DNA from: Felis catus
Taxonomy: Eukaryota
Reading direction: 5' to 3'
DNA length: 60,000 nt
NCBI RefSeq assembly: GCF_018350175.1
Contig: NC_058368.1
Coordinates: 70,000,001-70,060,000, forward strand
This document shows positions 10,972 to 23,880 of the stretch, piece after piece (position 1 is the first letter of the stretch; every line of letters begins with the position of its first letter). Both the position numbers and the translations under genes were made by a program. The notes beneath the pieces were generated by a model. That model saw nothing but the letters and a program-made list of their open reading frames with translations. It searched no databases and had not been told where the DNA came from.

Positions 10972-11185
10972 GGGGTGCCTGGGTGGCTCAGTCAGTTAAA
11001 GCGTCTGACTTCAGCTCAGGTCATGATCTCATGGTCTGTGAGTTCGAGCCCCGTGTCGGGCCCTGTGCTGACAGCTCAGAGCCTGGAGCCTGCTTCTGAT
11101 TCTGTGTCTCCCTCTCTCTCTGCGCCTCTCTTACTCACACTCTCTCTCTGTCTCTGAAAAATGAATAAACCTTAAAATTTTTTTT
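10972..11185 (+). mobile_element. CanSINE inserted in the tail of the adjacent minus-strand CanSINE
   Basis: TSD aaataagtttattta at ~10957 and ~11186. Confidence 0.93.
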
Positions 11186-11378
11186 AAATAAGTTTATTTA
11201 TTTTCAGGGAGAGAAAGAGGGAGGGTGGGGAAGGGGCAGAGGGGAGAGAAAATCCCAAGCTAGCTCCACACTGTCAGTGCAGAGTCTGATGCAGGGCTCA
11301 AACTCATGAACCAGAGATCATGACCTAAGCTGAAATCAAGAGTCCGAGGCTCAACCAACTGAGCCACCCAAGCGCCCT
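11186..11378 (-). mobile_element. CanSINE (older subfamily)
   Basis: gctgaaatcaagagtc...gagccacccaagcgcccc. Confidence 0.9.
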
Positions 11379-11394
11379 GACCCACCTTTTCTTT

Positions 11395-11610
11395 TCTTTT
11401 TTTTTAATGTTTATTTATTTTTGAGAGAGAGAGAGAGAGAGCGCATGTGTAGGGTAGGGGCAGAGAGAGAGGGAGACACAGAATCCAAAGCAGACTCCCG
11501 GCTCTGAGCTGTCAGCACAGAGCCCGACTCGGGGCTTGAACTCACAGACCGTGAGATCATGACCTGAGCTGAAGTCGGACACTTAACCAACTGAGCCACC
11601 CAGGTGCCCC
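11395..11610 (-). mobile_element. CanSINE
   Basis: Reverse-complement SINE. Confidence 0.93.
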
Positions 11611-11631
11611 TGGCTCTGTCCTGTTCTAAAC

Positions 11632-11632
<1 letters not shown>

Positions 11633-11676
<44 letters not shown>
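11633..11676. repeat. (GT)n microsatellite, ~21 units
   Basis: Directly visible. Confidence 0.95.
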
Positions 11677-11679
<3 letters not shown>

Positions 11680-12514
11680 AATAATCGCTTCTATTCTGAG
11701 TATGCCTTCTGTGTCCAGATGGGACCCTGCCTGATGTAGCCCACACACCAGCTTTCATCACCAGACTGGGGACAGCCACTCTCCAGTGAAATCCAAAACC
11801 CACTCAGGAACACATGCTTTTGGAGAACACACAAACAGGCCTGTTTGCAGTATTCGAAGCCCTGTTTCACTGCAGTGGTGCCCTGCCTTCTAGAAGAAAC
11901 AGCAGGACCAAACGATGCCCTGCCTACTTATCCTTCAGACAAAGTGCTCTTACTACTGTCTCCCAAAGACCCAGCAAAGCGAGCTGAGTGCCAGCTGCAC
12001 AGGGCTCAGGCTGGTCCTTGCACCAGGCCTCTACTGAAAAGCAGGAGGGAGGTATGAAAACCCAGACCCAACGGGATGGCCTGGAGCTTCACTGCAGTAG
12101 TTCCTGCCGCATGTTTCTCAGGACTTGGGTTTGCAAGGAAAGATTTCATCTGGCTGAGGTAGCACCTGTAATTTCTGTTGCAAAATACTGTTTAGCACTT
12201 ATTGTATACCAGCTAATAATGGTAAAGATTTTGCTTACTTGGAACATAGACAGGGTTCCAGAAAAGAGAGCTTAGATCTTGTTCTAACAACCATCACACT
12301 CAGAACTACACTGTGGAAAATGAAATTCCTAAGCTCACTCAGGTAAAAATCTGAGATTGAGTACCCAGTCATCACCCAGGAAGTTTGTTATTTTCCGAAA
12401 AGTGTGCATTCCAAAAAGCCACTTCTATTACTGAGGGGCAGAGGTTGCCAACCTCCTCTGTTACCGAATTCAGAGCTATTTGCTGGTTGTGTACTGCAGT
12501 TAGCATTTCTTTTT

Positions 12515-12739
12515 CTTTTTTTTTAACTAAGTTTATTCATTTTTGAGAGAGACAGAGAGAGAGTGCAAGCAGGGGAGGGGCAGAGAGAGAGAGGGAGACA
12601 CAGAATCTGAAGCAGGCTCCAGGCTCTGAGCTGTCAGCACAGAGCCCAACGTGGGGCTCGAACTCACAAATCGTGAGATCATGACCTGAGCTGAGATCAA
12701 GAGTCAGATGCTTAACTGATTGAGCCACCCAGGCGCCCC
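12515..12739 (-). mobile_element. CanSINE
   Basis: Reverse-complement SINE. Confidence 0.93.
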
Positions 12740-13546
12740 AAAGTGTTCTTTTTTAAATAAGTTTTTCCCCTAAGCTACATTTTCTACCTGGTGGCTTAGG
12801 AGTCCTATCCCATGCCTTTTAAATGGGATCTGGCAGGATCTGCCTTGGCTCTGGTGCCTTCTGCGGGTTACTCTCCGTTAGCCGTCTGTAAAGTGAGGAT
12901 GCTGCCTTCCGGAGCTGCTAAGGTGGTCTGAAAATGGTTTCATAAACCAGGAGGAAGATGAGTTAAGTTGAACATTGGGTTCTTTTAGGTGGAAAGGCAG
13001 GCCTTGGGGGGCAGGAGATTAAGCCTCTGCTTGGGGACATCCTTCCTGATCATGTGGCTTTAAAGATTCAAAGCACTTAACCTTTGGACCGCCATTCCTT
13101 CACCTAGAGATGCTAACACCTCTTTGCAAGTTGGTTGATAAGATCAGATCTACAGGAATTGCTACAGAACTTGCTACTCACTGCAGCCCATGATGACAGC
13201 TGAGTAGTGCAGATAAATGTTTGGAACGGAATGACTTAAGATTGAAATATGGGCAAGAATTTGCGATGGGGGCCCCTGGCAGGGCCGAGAGGGGCCCTCA
13301 AAGGAAGAGGCAGTTCCGTCCAGGCTTGCTCACGCTGACCAAAAGAAGAGGGTCCCTATGACATCGGCCTGGGAAATTAGGCCATAGGAATGAAAAAGTT
13401 GTGGACAGGCGACAGTCAGTCTTCTTAGACATAGCCACAGCGGCAAGCACTGATTTTCAATTAAGCTGCTTTTCAAACGGGCAGCACTATAGTGTCCTGC
13501 ATGCATGTGGCTGCAGAGCTTAAGGATCGTGTTTCATTCTCTATTG

Positions 13547-13930
13547 CAGTGGTTCTCAACGTGTGGTCTCTGTCCCAGAAGCAGTGGCACCTGGGAACTC
13601 ATCAAAGGGGCTCCTGGGTGGCTCAAGTCGGTTAAGCGTCTGACTTCAGCTCAGGTCATGATCTCGCCGTCCGTGAGTTCGAGCCCCGCGTCGGGCTCTG
13701 TGCTGACAGCTCAGAGCCTGGAGCCTGCTTTGGATTCTGTGTCTCCCTCTCTCTCTCTGCCCCTCCCCCACTCATTGTCTGTCTCTCGAAAATGAATAAA
13801 TGTGTAAAAACATGTTTTTAAAAATGCACACTCTCAGGTCCATCCCAGGCCTACCGAATCGGCAGCTCCCAGGGTAAGGCCCAGCTGTCTTCAGGCTCTG
13901 GAGCCCTCCTGGGAGCCCCTGGCCACTGCA
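13547..13930. mobile_element. MER5A (hAT-Charlie) interrupted by a plus-strand CanSINE (13607-13820)
   Basis: cagtggttctcaacgtgtggtc...cacctgggaact [SINE] aaatgca...ccaggcctaccgaatc. Confidence 0.75.
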
Positions 13931-14664
13931 AGTGGTGCTGAGGAGCAGGCAAGAAAGGGGTCTGGCGTGAGGGTGTGCATCCCACGTGGCGGCTCCGGGC
14001 CAGGTGATCAGCTCCTCTGATGCGATTCTGGCTGCGCTCATTGTTCCCCGGGATGACGGTGACAAGCAGATGCCCTGTCTCACCTTCCCCGTCTCCCATC
14101 CACCCAACCAGACCTGAGCTTCCCCACATGGAGCAAATCAGGACGGCTCCCCAACCTGGCTGGCTCCCTGCTCCCTGCAAGGTCAGACCCGCTGCTCAGC
14201 ACAGCGTTCCAAGATCCCCCCAGGATCTGACTCCCCCCCTCCCCACCACCGTCAGGCCACGACTTCTGATTCCCACACCAGGATCCTTCAGAGCTCCCGA
14301 GCCAGTAGGGCACTTAGCGTCTCATCTCTCCCCTTGGCCTCCAAGGTATTCTCTGCCCCTAGTACATTTCTTTAGTCTTTTTATGACTGTGCTCACAGAG
14401 CGAGTTGTTCTGACTTCTGAAAATGTTACAGAGCCTCACATGTCATATGATCCCCCTTCCCCCATTTTTGGTGAGGAAATAAAGGGTATGCCACTTCAAA
14501 AAGAGCCACACAGAATACACACCCAGCAAAACAGCGGTTGGCCTGAGGCGAGGGGGCAGGGGATATGGGAGGAGGGGAAGGGGCCTGAGCGCCTTGGGGC
14601 ACAATTGGTTTGATTTTTTTTTTTCAAAAACTGATCAACTTAAGTGAGAAGCACCTCTTGTTTT

Positions 14665-14820
14665 CTTTTCTTAAGTTTATTGATTTATTTTGAGAGAGAG
14701 GGCAGGGCAGGGCAGGGGCAGAGAGAGAGAATCCCAAGTAGGCTCTGTGCTGCCAGCGCGGAGCCCAATGCAGGGCCAGAACTCATGCACCGCGGGATCT
14801 TGACCTGAGCTGAAATCAGC
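14665..14820 (-). mobile_element. 5'-truncated CanSINE
   Basis: gagagaatcccaag...gacctgagctgaaatca. Confidence 0.85.
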
Positions 14821-15904
14821 ACCTGGTTTTCTTAAGTGGGCTACTCCACTTTCTTAAGTGGGACCGTCGATGTTAGGTGAGCTGTAGAACAAGTTTTGCA
14901 CCTGTAATCCAGGCCCCAGTTTCTGGAGTGGCTCTTCTGGAGCTGTCTCTTGCCCAACTTGATGACTATTTTTCTTACTTGGGGGTTTCGCCACAGTTTC
15001 CACCCTCGGGGCCCCTGCTGGTGCCTAAGGCACATCTGTGCACATCAGAGAATTGTGATCATTCAGGCCGGATGCTGCCCAGGGAGGCACGGCTCGACGA
15101 GCGGACAGCGGCTTGGTCCCTGGGCGCATGTACAGCTTGGCCACGGAGCCTGGCTGCATTCCAGCCCCCGGGGGCTCCCTTGCTGGGGCCTTCATGCAGC
15201 GTACAGCTTGCACATCTCCAGCCGGTGCCCTGCCCATCCTTCCACTGCCCTTATTTTAAAGAAATAGCCCCTTTCCACAAATACTTTCTTCCCCACTGGG
15301 AGGGAATCTGTTTTGCCTTTGACATGTCAGCAAATAGCTACCTAAACAGAACACAGTGGTGTGACTGGCTTTCAAAATGCCAGTTTGATCAAGTTACCCC
15401 TGCTCAAAGCAAATGAGTTATCAGTCGTTTGAGGTCCCGGAACACCAATCAGCCTAATCACGTAAAGCTACTTTAGAAATACAGGGAAACCAGGGCTAAT
15501 GGGACAGTATAGGTTTTATTAAGTGACTCTGGCATGGGGCAGGGACCAGCTCGGTCTGGGAGCGCTGGTGACCTGTATCCACACAGCCACAGGGGCCGAA
15601 CGCGTGCGCCCAGCTGGTGAGAAGACAGACACAGAGCATAAAATCTCTTAGCTGCAGTGTAGTTCCTTAGCAACGGGGTACCTCACAACCGTGTCACCCC
15701 TTTGTGTGGGGCAGAGACCGTGGGACTGGCACCTGTGGCTGGTCTGCCTTCGCCGAGTGAGTAACACACAGCCACGTATCTTTAACCGTCCGGCAGCCAG
15801 GCCTTGCCCTCACCTTGTCCTGTGTGTCTGACACATGGCTTCGCCACCTTCTCCCTCAGCCTGGGGATCCCCTGATCAGGAGTGAGGGAGGCAGCTTGCG
15901 GTCT

Positions 15905-16555
15905 GCGCATTAGTTTGGGGCAGTTGCCATAACAACATCCTACAAACTGATCCTTAAAACAAGAGAAATTTATCATCTCTGAGTTGGGAGCTGGGAGGCT
16001 GAGATCAGGGTGTTGACCTCGGTGGCTCCTTTTTTGTTTTTTTAATTTTATAATGTTTCTTTATTTTTGAGATCAGAGCATGAGCAGGGAAGGGGCAGAG
16101 AGAAAGGGAGCCCGACGCGGGGCTCAAACTCACGGACCTTGAGATCACGACCTGAGCCGAAGTGGGACGCTCAACCGACTGAGCCACCCAGGCGCCCCCT
16201 GGTTGGCTCCTTTTGAGACTACAAGAGGGAATCTGTTCCAGCCTCTCCCCAGCTTCTGGGGGTTACTGGCCATTGTAGACGTTCTTAGGCTCATGATAGC
16301 ATTACCTAGATCCTTGCTGCCATCTTCACACGGTCTTCTCTCTGTGGTGGCCGTGTCCAGACGTCCCGTTCATATAAGGCCCAGTCATACTGGATTGCAG
16401 GCTCCCTTACTCCAGGATGACCTCAACGGAACTAATTACCTCTGTGAAGGCCCTATCTCCAAACAAGGTCACATTCTGAGGTACCTGGGGTCAGGACTAC
16501 AGCATATGAATTTGAGTTGGGGGGCAGGGAGTGGGACACAATTCAACCCGTAACA
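15905..16555. mobile_element. MLT1-type MaLR LTR interrupted by a minus-strand CanSINE (16030-16199)
   Basis: gccataacaa...cttaaaacaagagaaattta...cctatctccaaacaaggtcacattctgaggtac...acacaattcaacccgtaaca. Confidence 0.8.
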
Positions 16556-16656
16556 GTCAGAGAGCATTTGTGGTGTACAACCTATTGCTGTAGGCTACAG
16601 ATATCCTATCTTTTACAAAGATTTCTACACACGATTGTCTAAAATCACGTGCATTC

Positions 16657-16862
16657 AGGGACACCTGCGTGGCTCAGTCGGTTGAGTGTCTGGGTCTTGA
16701 CTTCAGCTCAGGTCATGAGCTCATGGTTTGTGAGTTCAAGCACCACGTCAGGCTCTCCGCTGTCAGCGCAGAGCCTGCTTCAGATCCTCTGTCTCCCTCT
16801 CTCTCTGCCCATCTCCCATTTGCACTCTCTCTCTTTCTCTCAAATAAACATTAAAAAAATAA
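16657..16862 (+). mobile_element. CanSINE
   Basis: Head, CT linker and A tail. Confidence 0.9.
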
Positions 16863-17326
16863 AATCATGGGCGTTAAGAGGCCCACTGTGGCCACCTCTG
16901 ATGGTTTTATAAATAACCTGTGACTTTTAGCATCTCATGTCTGTAACCATAGACGTGAATCACTGACTGCCATTCCTATTTCCCTTCAGAGAGAAATGAT
17001 CTCTACAGGCCCAGGATCCGCCGGCCTTTGGACATGCCAGAGACGATTTACTTCTCAATTGCATGGGAAGTGCAGGCAGGCCAGAGGGTGCCACAGAGTT
17101 AATAAGCTATTATGCAAAACAGAAAGGGCCAGGGCTAGGCCTAAGTTCTGCCTCTGGCGGCACAGACAGGATCAGTCAGCTCAGGTGAGAGAATTTCCTG
17201 GGTGTCAGGAAGGTGGACCTTGCTCTCCTAGGTATTTCCTTCATCTACACCTGGATGTTCTGTTATTCTGGAAGAACAGCCTTCATTCTGAACTTAGAGT
17301 GAGGCTTGCTTTACATGCTCTACTGC

Positions 17327-17530
17327 TGGGGCGCCTGGGTGGCTCAGTTGGTTGAGTGTCCGACTTCGGTTCAGGTCATGATCTCACAGTTCTTGGGTTC
17401 AAGCCCCGCATGGGGCTCCATGCTGACAGTGTGGAGCCTGCATGAGATTCTCTTTCTGTCTGTGTCCCTCCCCTGCTCTCCTGCGCGAGATCCCTCTCTC
17501 TCTCTCTCTCAAAAATAAACATTTAAAAAA
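17327..17530 (+). mobile_element. CanSINE
   Basis: Head, CT linker and A tail. Confidence 0.92.
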
Positions 17531-18034
17531 GTTAAATGCTCTCCTGCTGAGAGTCAGTAAATGCATCTGTTCATAGTCTAGGGCTAAGACAGACCTACCC
17601 CCGGAGCAGGCTCTACAAGGAGACAAGAAGGGAGAGAGCACGGGGTCCAAGAGCAAACTGCACATGCAGAACAGGCGACAGAAACGAGTCCATAGCACCG
17701 TCTCTGAAATACTGTATCATGTCATAGGCAAAAACAATGCCAAAGGCAGACGAGTGTCACCAAATCAAAAGGAACTAATCCCCTGCTCTGTTGGGGGTTT
17801 CTTTTGGAGCCAGTTGAGTTAGAGATGTGAAATGTTAGTTATCTTTAATTTTTTTTGGAAATCTTAAATTTTAGACACAAAGATCTTTTGCTCTTAGATG
17901 GTAAATCGTGACTAGAAAAAATGCTTATGATCATGGTAAGTGTGAAGTTAGGCTGTGAAACAGTCTACAGAAAGCACAATTCCCCCCGATTGATATTTAG
18001 ACGGTAGGAGTCTCCATAGGAGTGTTAGGAGACA

Positions 18035-18265
18035 AGGGCGCCTGGGTGGCTCAGTCGGTTAAGTGTCGGAATCTTGGTTTCAGCTCAGGTCATGAGCTCA
18101 TGGTTTCATGGATTCATGCCGGGCATGGGGCTCTGCACAGGCAGTGTGGAGCCTGCTTGGGATTCTCTCTCTCTCTCCTTCTTTCTCTCTGGCCCTCCCC
18201 CACGTGCACTGTTTCTGTCTCTCTCAAAAATAAATAAGTAAATACATACATACATACATAAAAAG
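18035..18265 (+). mobile_element. CanSINE
   Basis: Head, CT linker and (TACA)n tail; TSD-like agtgttagg. Confidence 0.9.
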
Positions 18266-18754
18266 GAAGTGTTAGGTGACTTTTTTCCAGTCTTATAATT
18301 TTAGGGTGAACATGCATAGGAACAGCTATTGCAGAAGGAAAGTGAATCACGGTTCAGAGGTCCAACAACAGCGCTTGAAAACTTTCCCCACAGATCTGTA
18401 GTACAGCACCTAGGTACAGTAGCAATGGAGAATGAGCATAATTTTTAGAATTACTTTAAGATAAATGTCTATGACATCCCTGTGAGCATTTCTGATTCAC
18501 CTAATATTCTACATGGGGAGTGTTTTCTACATACCAATTCTGTTATCAGGTAGGTCGCTGTTTGGAACTGACTAGAGGTACACCCAGAAAATCCATCCAT
18601 CTTGCTGGGGAAAGATACTAGGCATCACGCGTGGTACCTAAGCTGAGGATTCTGGCCGCAGTGGAGTCATCTCTACACATCAAGGATTTTTCCTACCTAA
18701 TGTCATGTATAAGTGATACACATCTTTCAGAGAGAATGTTTTCTACTACCATGT

Positions 18755-19456
18755 GCACTGGGTTGAATAGTGCCCCCCAAAACTTGTGTCCTTCCTAGAA
18801 TCGCAGAATGTGACCTTATCTGCAAATGGGGTCTTGGGACACCTGGGTGGCTCAGGTGGTTAAGCCCCCGCCTCTCGATTTTGGCTCACAGTTCACGGGT
18901 TCAAGCCCCGTGTCGGGCTCTGCGCTGAGTGGGGAGCCTGCTTGGGATTCTCTGTCTCCCTCTCTCTCTGTCCCTCCCCTGCTCACACACACCCTCTCTC
19001 TCTCTCTCAAAATAAATAAACTTAAAAAAAAATGAAAAGAAAATGGGGTCTTTGCGGATATAATGAGTTAGGATGAGGTCATGTTGGAGAAGGGGGGGTC
19101 CTTAACCCCACGGGACTGGTGTTCTTCTAAGAAGACAGCTCTGTGAAGACAGATAGATATGCGCAGACAGGAGGTGATGTGAAGGCACACAAGGAGGAAA
19201 TGACCATGTGATGCTGGATATGGATTGGAGTGATGCATCTATAAAGCCAAGGAATGCTAAGAATCGCCAGGAGCACCAAAAGCTAAGAGAAAGGTATCGG
19301 ACAGATTCTCTTCTAGAAACTTCAGGGGGAGCATGGCCCTGCAGACACCTTGAGTTTGGACCTAACAGCCTCCAGAACTGTGAGAGAACACATTTCTGCT
19401 GTTTTAAGCGACCCAGTTTGTGATACTTTTGTTACAGCCACAGGAAACTAATACAC
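18755..19456. mobile_element. MLT1-type MaLR LTR interrupted by a plus-strand CanSINE (18836-19040)
   Basis: gggttgaatagtgccccccaaaa...cagaatgtgaccttat...cctccagaactgtgagagaacacatttctgctgttttaagc...ggaaactaataca. Confidence 0.85.
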
Positions 19457-21027
19457 CGTGTGAGGGGATATGTTTTGATCCACTGGGAAAAAGGTCTGTT
19501 TCTCCAAGAACATCTCAACTGTACCTTCTGATATGTCCCGATGGAGCTTACAATAAAATTCTTGCCTCTTGAAGCAGATTGTACGATTTGCAAATGCTTA
19601 GTCTGTGAGCTTTTAACGGGTCTTCTTATGTGAGTACCTTCTGTGAATCTTCCGGCCTCTAGTCTGATTCTTGAACCAAATTTGCCTTTGGGTGTGTGCT
19701 CAGTTTCACACATCCCCACACCACAGCTGGCTGGCTCCAAACCCTCTCTCCGACGACAGGCTCCTTTCAGGAGCCCAGTGGGGAAGCCCTGGCTGGTGTC
19801 GAGTCTCAGAGGAACCAGCCCTTCCTCCTTCTGTGGAAAGTCCGTGGAAGACGCTATCCCTTCCCTTTGGCTGTACAACCTTCCGGCTGCCGAGACCGCC
19901 CCGTAATTCTGCACCGCGAGCAGATGCTAACAGCACCTGCACTGATGCCCGGTGGCGAGCAGAGGCACAGCCTGGCCAGCTGACACAGCCCTGTTCCCAT
20001 CATCCCCATGAGATGACCCCGCCGTCCTGCTTCCTCAGTGATGCATTCCCGGCCTCTGAAACCGAGAGACCGAGTTACAAAACAGAGGTTCCTGGGTTCT
20101 GTATGTTGCAACCCTAGGATTATGAGTCAGTGGTTCTCATTCATCTCCTGATAATACTACTTCTGTTCTTTCACTATCATCATGGAGGAATGTGGAATGT
20201 TCCTCAGAGTCCACCCTTGTTTTTATTTCCTTATCATAGCTCACCTGAGACACCTACCCACTTTCTCTCCTGCCAGGGACAGGGTCAAGATGCCTTTGTG
20301 TCCGGGGCAGCTGTGCCCAGGGAGGTGGGAGCACGGTCGGCTGGGTGGTCCGTCCCTATGATCCCACCATGGCTTCTGTCGTGAGCAGCTCGACCCTGGA
20401 GGATGGACAGCTGTCCCTCTCACTAGTGAGCTAGCCAACTAGTGGGCCCTCAATGTGCTCCCTGTTCTTTAGTAATTCAAAGAGCAGCAGGACAATTATT
20501 AATTTAAAAAATCCAAATAAATCAAACCTGGAATAATTCCACTCAGGACATTTTGTAGAGGCATGAAGGACGAGGCAAAGATTTAGTATTAAGATGGCTA
20601 ATCCTCCAACTTTGACAAGACACCGTTAGCTATGGCTTTGTCTCTTGATACTTTATTTTCCTCACGTATCCCTTGGTGTGGAAAAATGTTGTTTATAAAT
20701 GTTCCTGGCCTCTGAGGATATGAGTTTCTTCATGACGGGTGGTAACTAAATACCTGCATAAATAAGTGATTTAGGCCCACCTCCCACGAGCCATAACTGG
20801 ACCATATGGATTCTTCACTCCTGCTTGTTTCTACCCTGTTCTTAACCCATGCAAGCGAATTTTCAAATTCTAGCTACTAATTTACTGCAAAATTGATCAT
20901 CACGGGCAAGCCAGGGACCAGATTACACTAGATCCTGCTGCCACGATCTCATCTGGGGGGCACAGTAGCAATATTTGGATGTGGGTGAGGGTCATGGAAC
21001 AAAGCCTGTCATTTAGAGTCATTTAAA

Positions 21028-21213
21028 GCAGTGGTTTTCTAATCAGGGTCTTGGGACCAGCAGCAGCAGCACCTGGGAATTTGGTAACTGCTAATCCTTG
21101 AGCGCTGCCCCAGACCCACTAAAGCAGAGACTCGAGGGGTGGGGCCAAGCAACCTGTTGGGATTAGCCCTCACTCGGATGATCCTAATGTACACTACAGA
21201 CTAATACCACTGC
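21028..21213. mobile_element. MER5A
   Basis: cagtggttttct...gaccagcagcagcagcacctgggaa...ggggtggggcc...accactg. Confidence 0.75.
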
Positions 21214-21256
21214 CCTACAGTAATGTCAGCCTGAAAGAATCCAGTGCCAAAATCTC

Positions 21257-21432
21257 TGGGGTGCCTGGGTAGCTCAGTTGGTTGAGCGTCTGACTTCGGC
21301 TCAGGTCACGATCTCACTGTTGGTAAGTTCACAGTTCGGGAGTTTGAGCCCTGCATCGGGCTCGCTGCTGTGAGTGCAGAGCATGCTTTGGATCCTCTGT
21401 TCCTGTCTCTCTCTGCCCCTTTTCCATTCATG

Positions 21433-21464
<32 letters not shown>

Positions 21465-21490
21465 AATAAATAAACGTTAAAAAAAAAAAA
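21257..21490 (+). mobile_element. CanSINE
   Basis: Head with a 15-nt internal duplication, (CT)n and A tail. Confidence 0.92.
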
Positions 21491-22232
21491 AGTTCTCTCT
21501 TCCTGCTGTCTGAGGGGAAGGCAATTCTCCCAAGGGTCAGATGCCCAAGGTCCCCTTTGGTAGCAACTCTAGCTGGACACTTACAGCCTAGAAAAGGGTT
21601 TCCAGCTTCCCTGGGACTTCAGCGCTGTTCTTTGGTTTACCCAAGAACTTCTAGAAAGAAACAAGAATGTGTAAGAACTTTTAAGTGGCCGGGTTTGTGG
21701 CACCTTCAAAACCAGTCCGTCATTTTATGCTCAGGCAGGAAGCTGACTAGAAAAACTCATCAGAATCCCACAAGGCCAGCAGGAGACCGAGTAGGGGGTT
21801 CAGGAATATAATCAACTATCCCTCATTAAGTGAGCGAATTCCTCAAAACAGTCTGGAAGTCCTGGCGGAGGGAGGCAGGAGCTTGCTTCATAGAACCTGG
21901 AGCCTCTCCATGCCTCATTTCCAAAGTCAGATACATGGCAAATGACAGCAGGACCTATGGTTCTCCAGGACCAAAGTACGGGAAGTAATTTGTAAGAGCA
22001 GCAACTTTAGCGCAGACTTGCTCAGCTCTGGGTAAGAATGGGAATGGGGTGAGGGGGGAAGGAGGGAATATTTGAAATCTTCAGCAAAACCATCCCTAGC
22101 CCCACGAAAGCCTCAGCTGAGAGGCTCCCTGCCATTTGGAACCTAACTCCACAAGACAGCTCTTGAGAGGGGGGCTTCCTCTCCACCCCTGACTCTGACA
22201 AGCACACCCAGACTTTAAAGCAAGGGTAGGTG

Positions 22233-22455
22233 AGGGGCGCCTGGGTGGCTCAGCTGGTTAAGTGTCCGACTTCAGCTCAGGTTATGATCTCGAGGTGAGT
22301 TCAAGCCCCGCATTGGGCTCTGTTCTGATAGCTCAGAGCCTGGACCCTGCTTCGGATTCTGTGTCTGCCTCTCTCTCTGCCCCTCCCCCACTCATGCTCT
22401 GTCTCTCAAAGATAAACAAACATTTAAAAAATTACTTAAAAAAATGTTTTTAAAA
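22233..22455 (+). mobile_element. CanSINE
   Basis: TSD gcaagggtagg. Confidence 0.93.
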
Positions 22456-22458
22456 AGG

Positions 22459-22714
22459 CAAGGGTAGGAGAACAATGGCTCATGGGCCAAATCTGGCCCC
22501 ACCACCTGCTTTTCTGTAGCTTGCAAGTTAAGAATGCTTTCTATGTTTAAACGATGGAAAAACAATGTTTAAAAACTATTTTGTGGGGCGCCTGGGTGGC
22601 TCAGTCAGTTGAGCGTCTGACTCTTGATTTCTGCTCAGGTCATGATCCCAGGGTCGTGGGATCGAGCCCTGTGTCAGCCTTCTGCTTGTTATTCTGCAGT
22701 GGAGTCTGCTTGAG

Positions 22715-22762
<48 letters not shown>

Positions 22763-22985
22763 CTGCTCACACTCTTTAAAAAAACACACACAAAAAAACC
22801 CCACTATTTTGTGACACATGAGGATTACATAAAATTCAAATTTCTGTGCCCGTAAAGTTTTATTGGAACACAGCATTTATTTACGTATTTTGGATTACAA
22901 GGGCGGAGTTGAGTGTTGCCACAGAGACGGGGCTACTTCCCAAAGCCGAAAATATTTATTATCTGGCCCTTTACAGGAAAAGCCC
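22459..22985. mobile_element. MER58(B) hAT element interrupted by a plus-strand CanSINE (22585-22800)
   Basis: catgggccaaatctggccc...aaagttttattggaacacagc...aaaatatttattatctggccctttacag. Confidence 0.8.
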
Positions 22986-23432
22986 TCTTTAGAGCAAAGG
23001 GTTTGCAGCTCATGATTCTAACTGGATACCACAGCCAGGTTTAGCTATGCACTGTCACGCCCAACGCAACTTTTTATCCAGTTTATCCTTGTGGATTCCC
23101 CCTTGCTGTGTTACTGAGTCTAGTAATTGGTACATTTGATGCCGATCACAACCCTCGCTTTCCTACTCCACCCCAACGTTTACTCCCATTCCATGGGCCA
23201 GTAGAAGCTGGTGTGAACATTAGTTTCAGTCACACACGGGACAGAATCAGCTCGAAGCAAACGTGTCTCGAAGACCCTCTGTCTTGCTTCCTTACCCCCC
23301 TGCTGCATTCACCAAGCATCCCACGTACTGCCCATTCAGTCATATGGGGCTCTAAAGCAACTTTGGCACCATCTGAGGCCAAAGATCTGTTTTCAAGAGA
23401 AGTTACTGCTCCCCTTGGTTAAAAAACCCTTC

Positions 23433-23880
23433 AGGGGCACCTGGGCGGCTCAGTCAGTTAAGCGTCTGACTCTTTAAAAAAATTTTTTTTTAACGTTTTT
23501 ATTTATTTTTGGGACAGAGAGAGACAGAGCATGAACGGGGGAGGGGCAGAGAGAGAGGGAGACACAGAATCGGAAACAGGCTCCGAGCCATCAGCCCAGA
23601 GCCTGACGTGGGGCTCAAACTCACGGACCGCGAGATCGTGACCTGGCTGAAGTCGGATGCTTAACCGACTGCGCCACCCAGGCGCCCAAGCGTCTGACTC
23701 TTGATTCAAGCTCAGGTCATGATCTCACGGTTTGCGAGAAACCCCGTTCAGTTCTGCGCTGACAGTGCGGAGCCTGCTTGGGATTCTCTGTCTCCCTCTC
23801 TCTCTGCTCCTCCCCTGCTCGTGTTTTCCCTCTCTGTCTCAAAAATAAATAAATAAACATTAAAAAAAAACCTTTAAAAA
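23433..23880 (+). mobile_element. CanSINE containing a nested young minus-strand CanSINE (~23480-23688)
   Basis: TSD aagcgtctgactctt on both sides of the inner element. Confidence 0.92.

Noticed and set aside
14828..14862. 13-bp direct repeat tttcttaagtggg
   Set aside because: Tiny local duplication at a SINE boundary; no evidence of function.
14020..15416. 197-aa and 179-aa plus-strand ORFs in intron 1
   Set aside because: GC-rich intronic sequence with no recognisable homology, promoter or splice structure.
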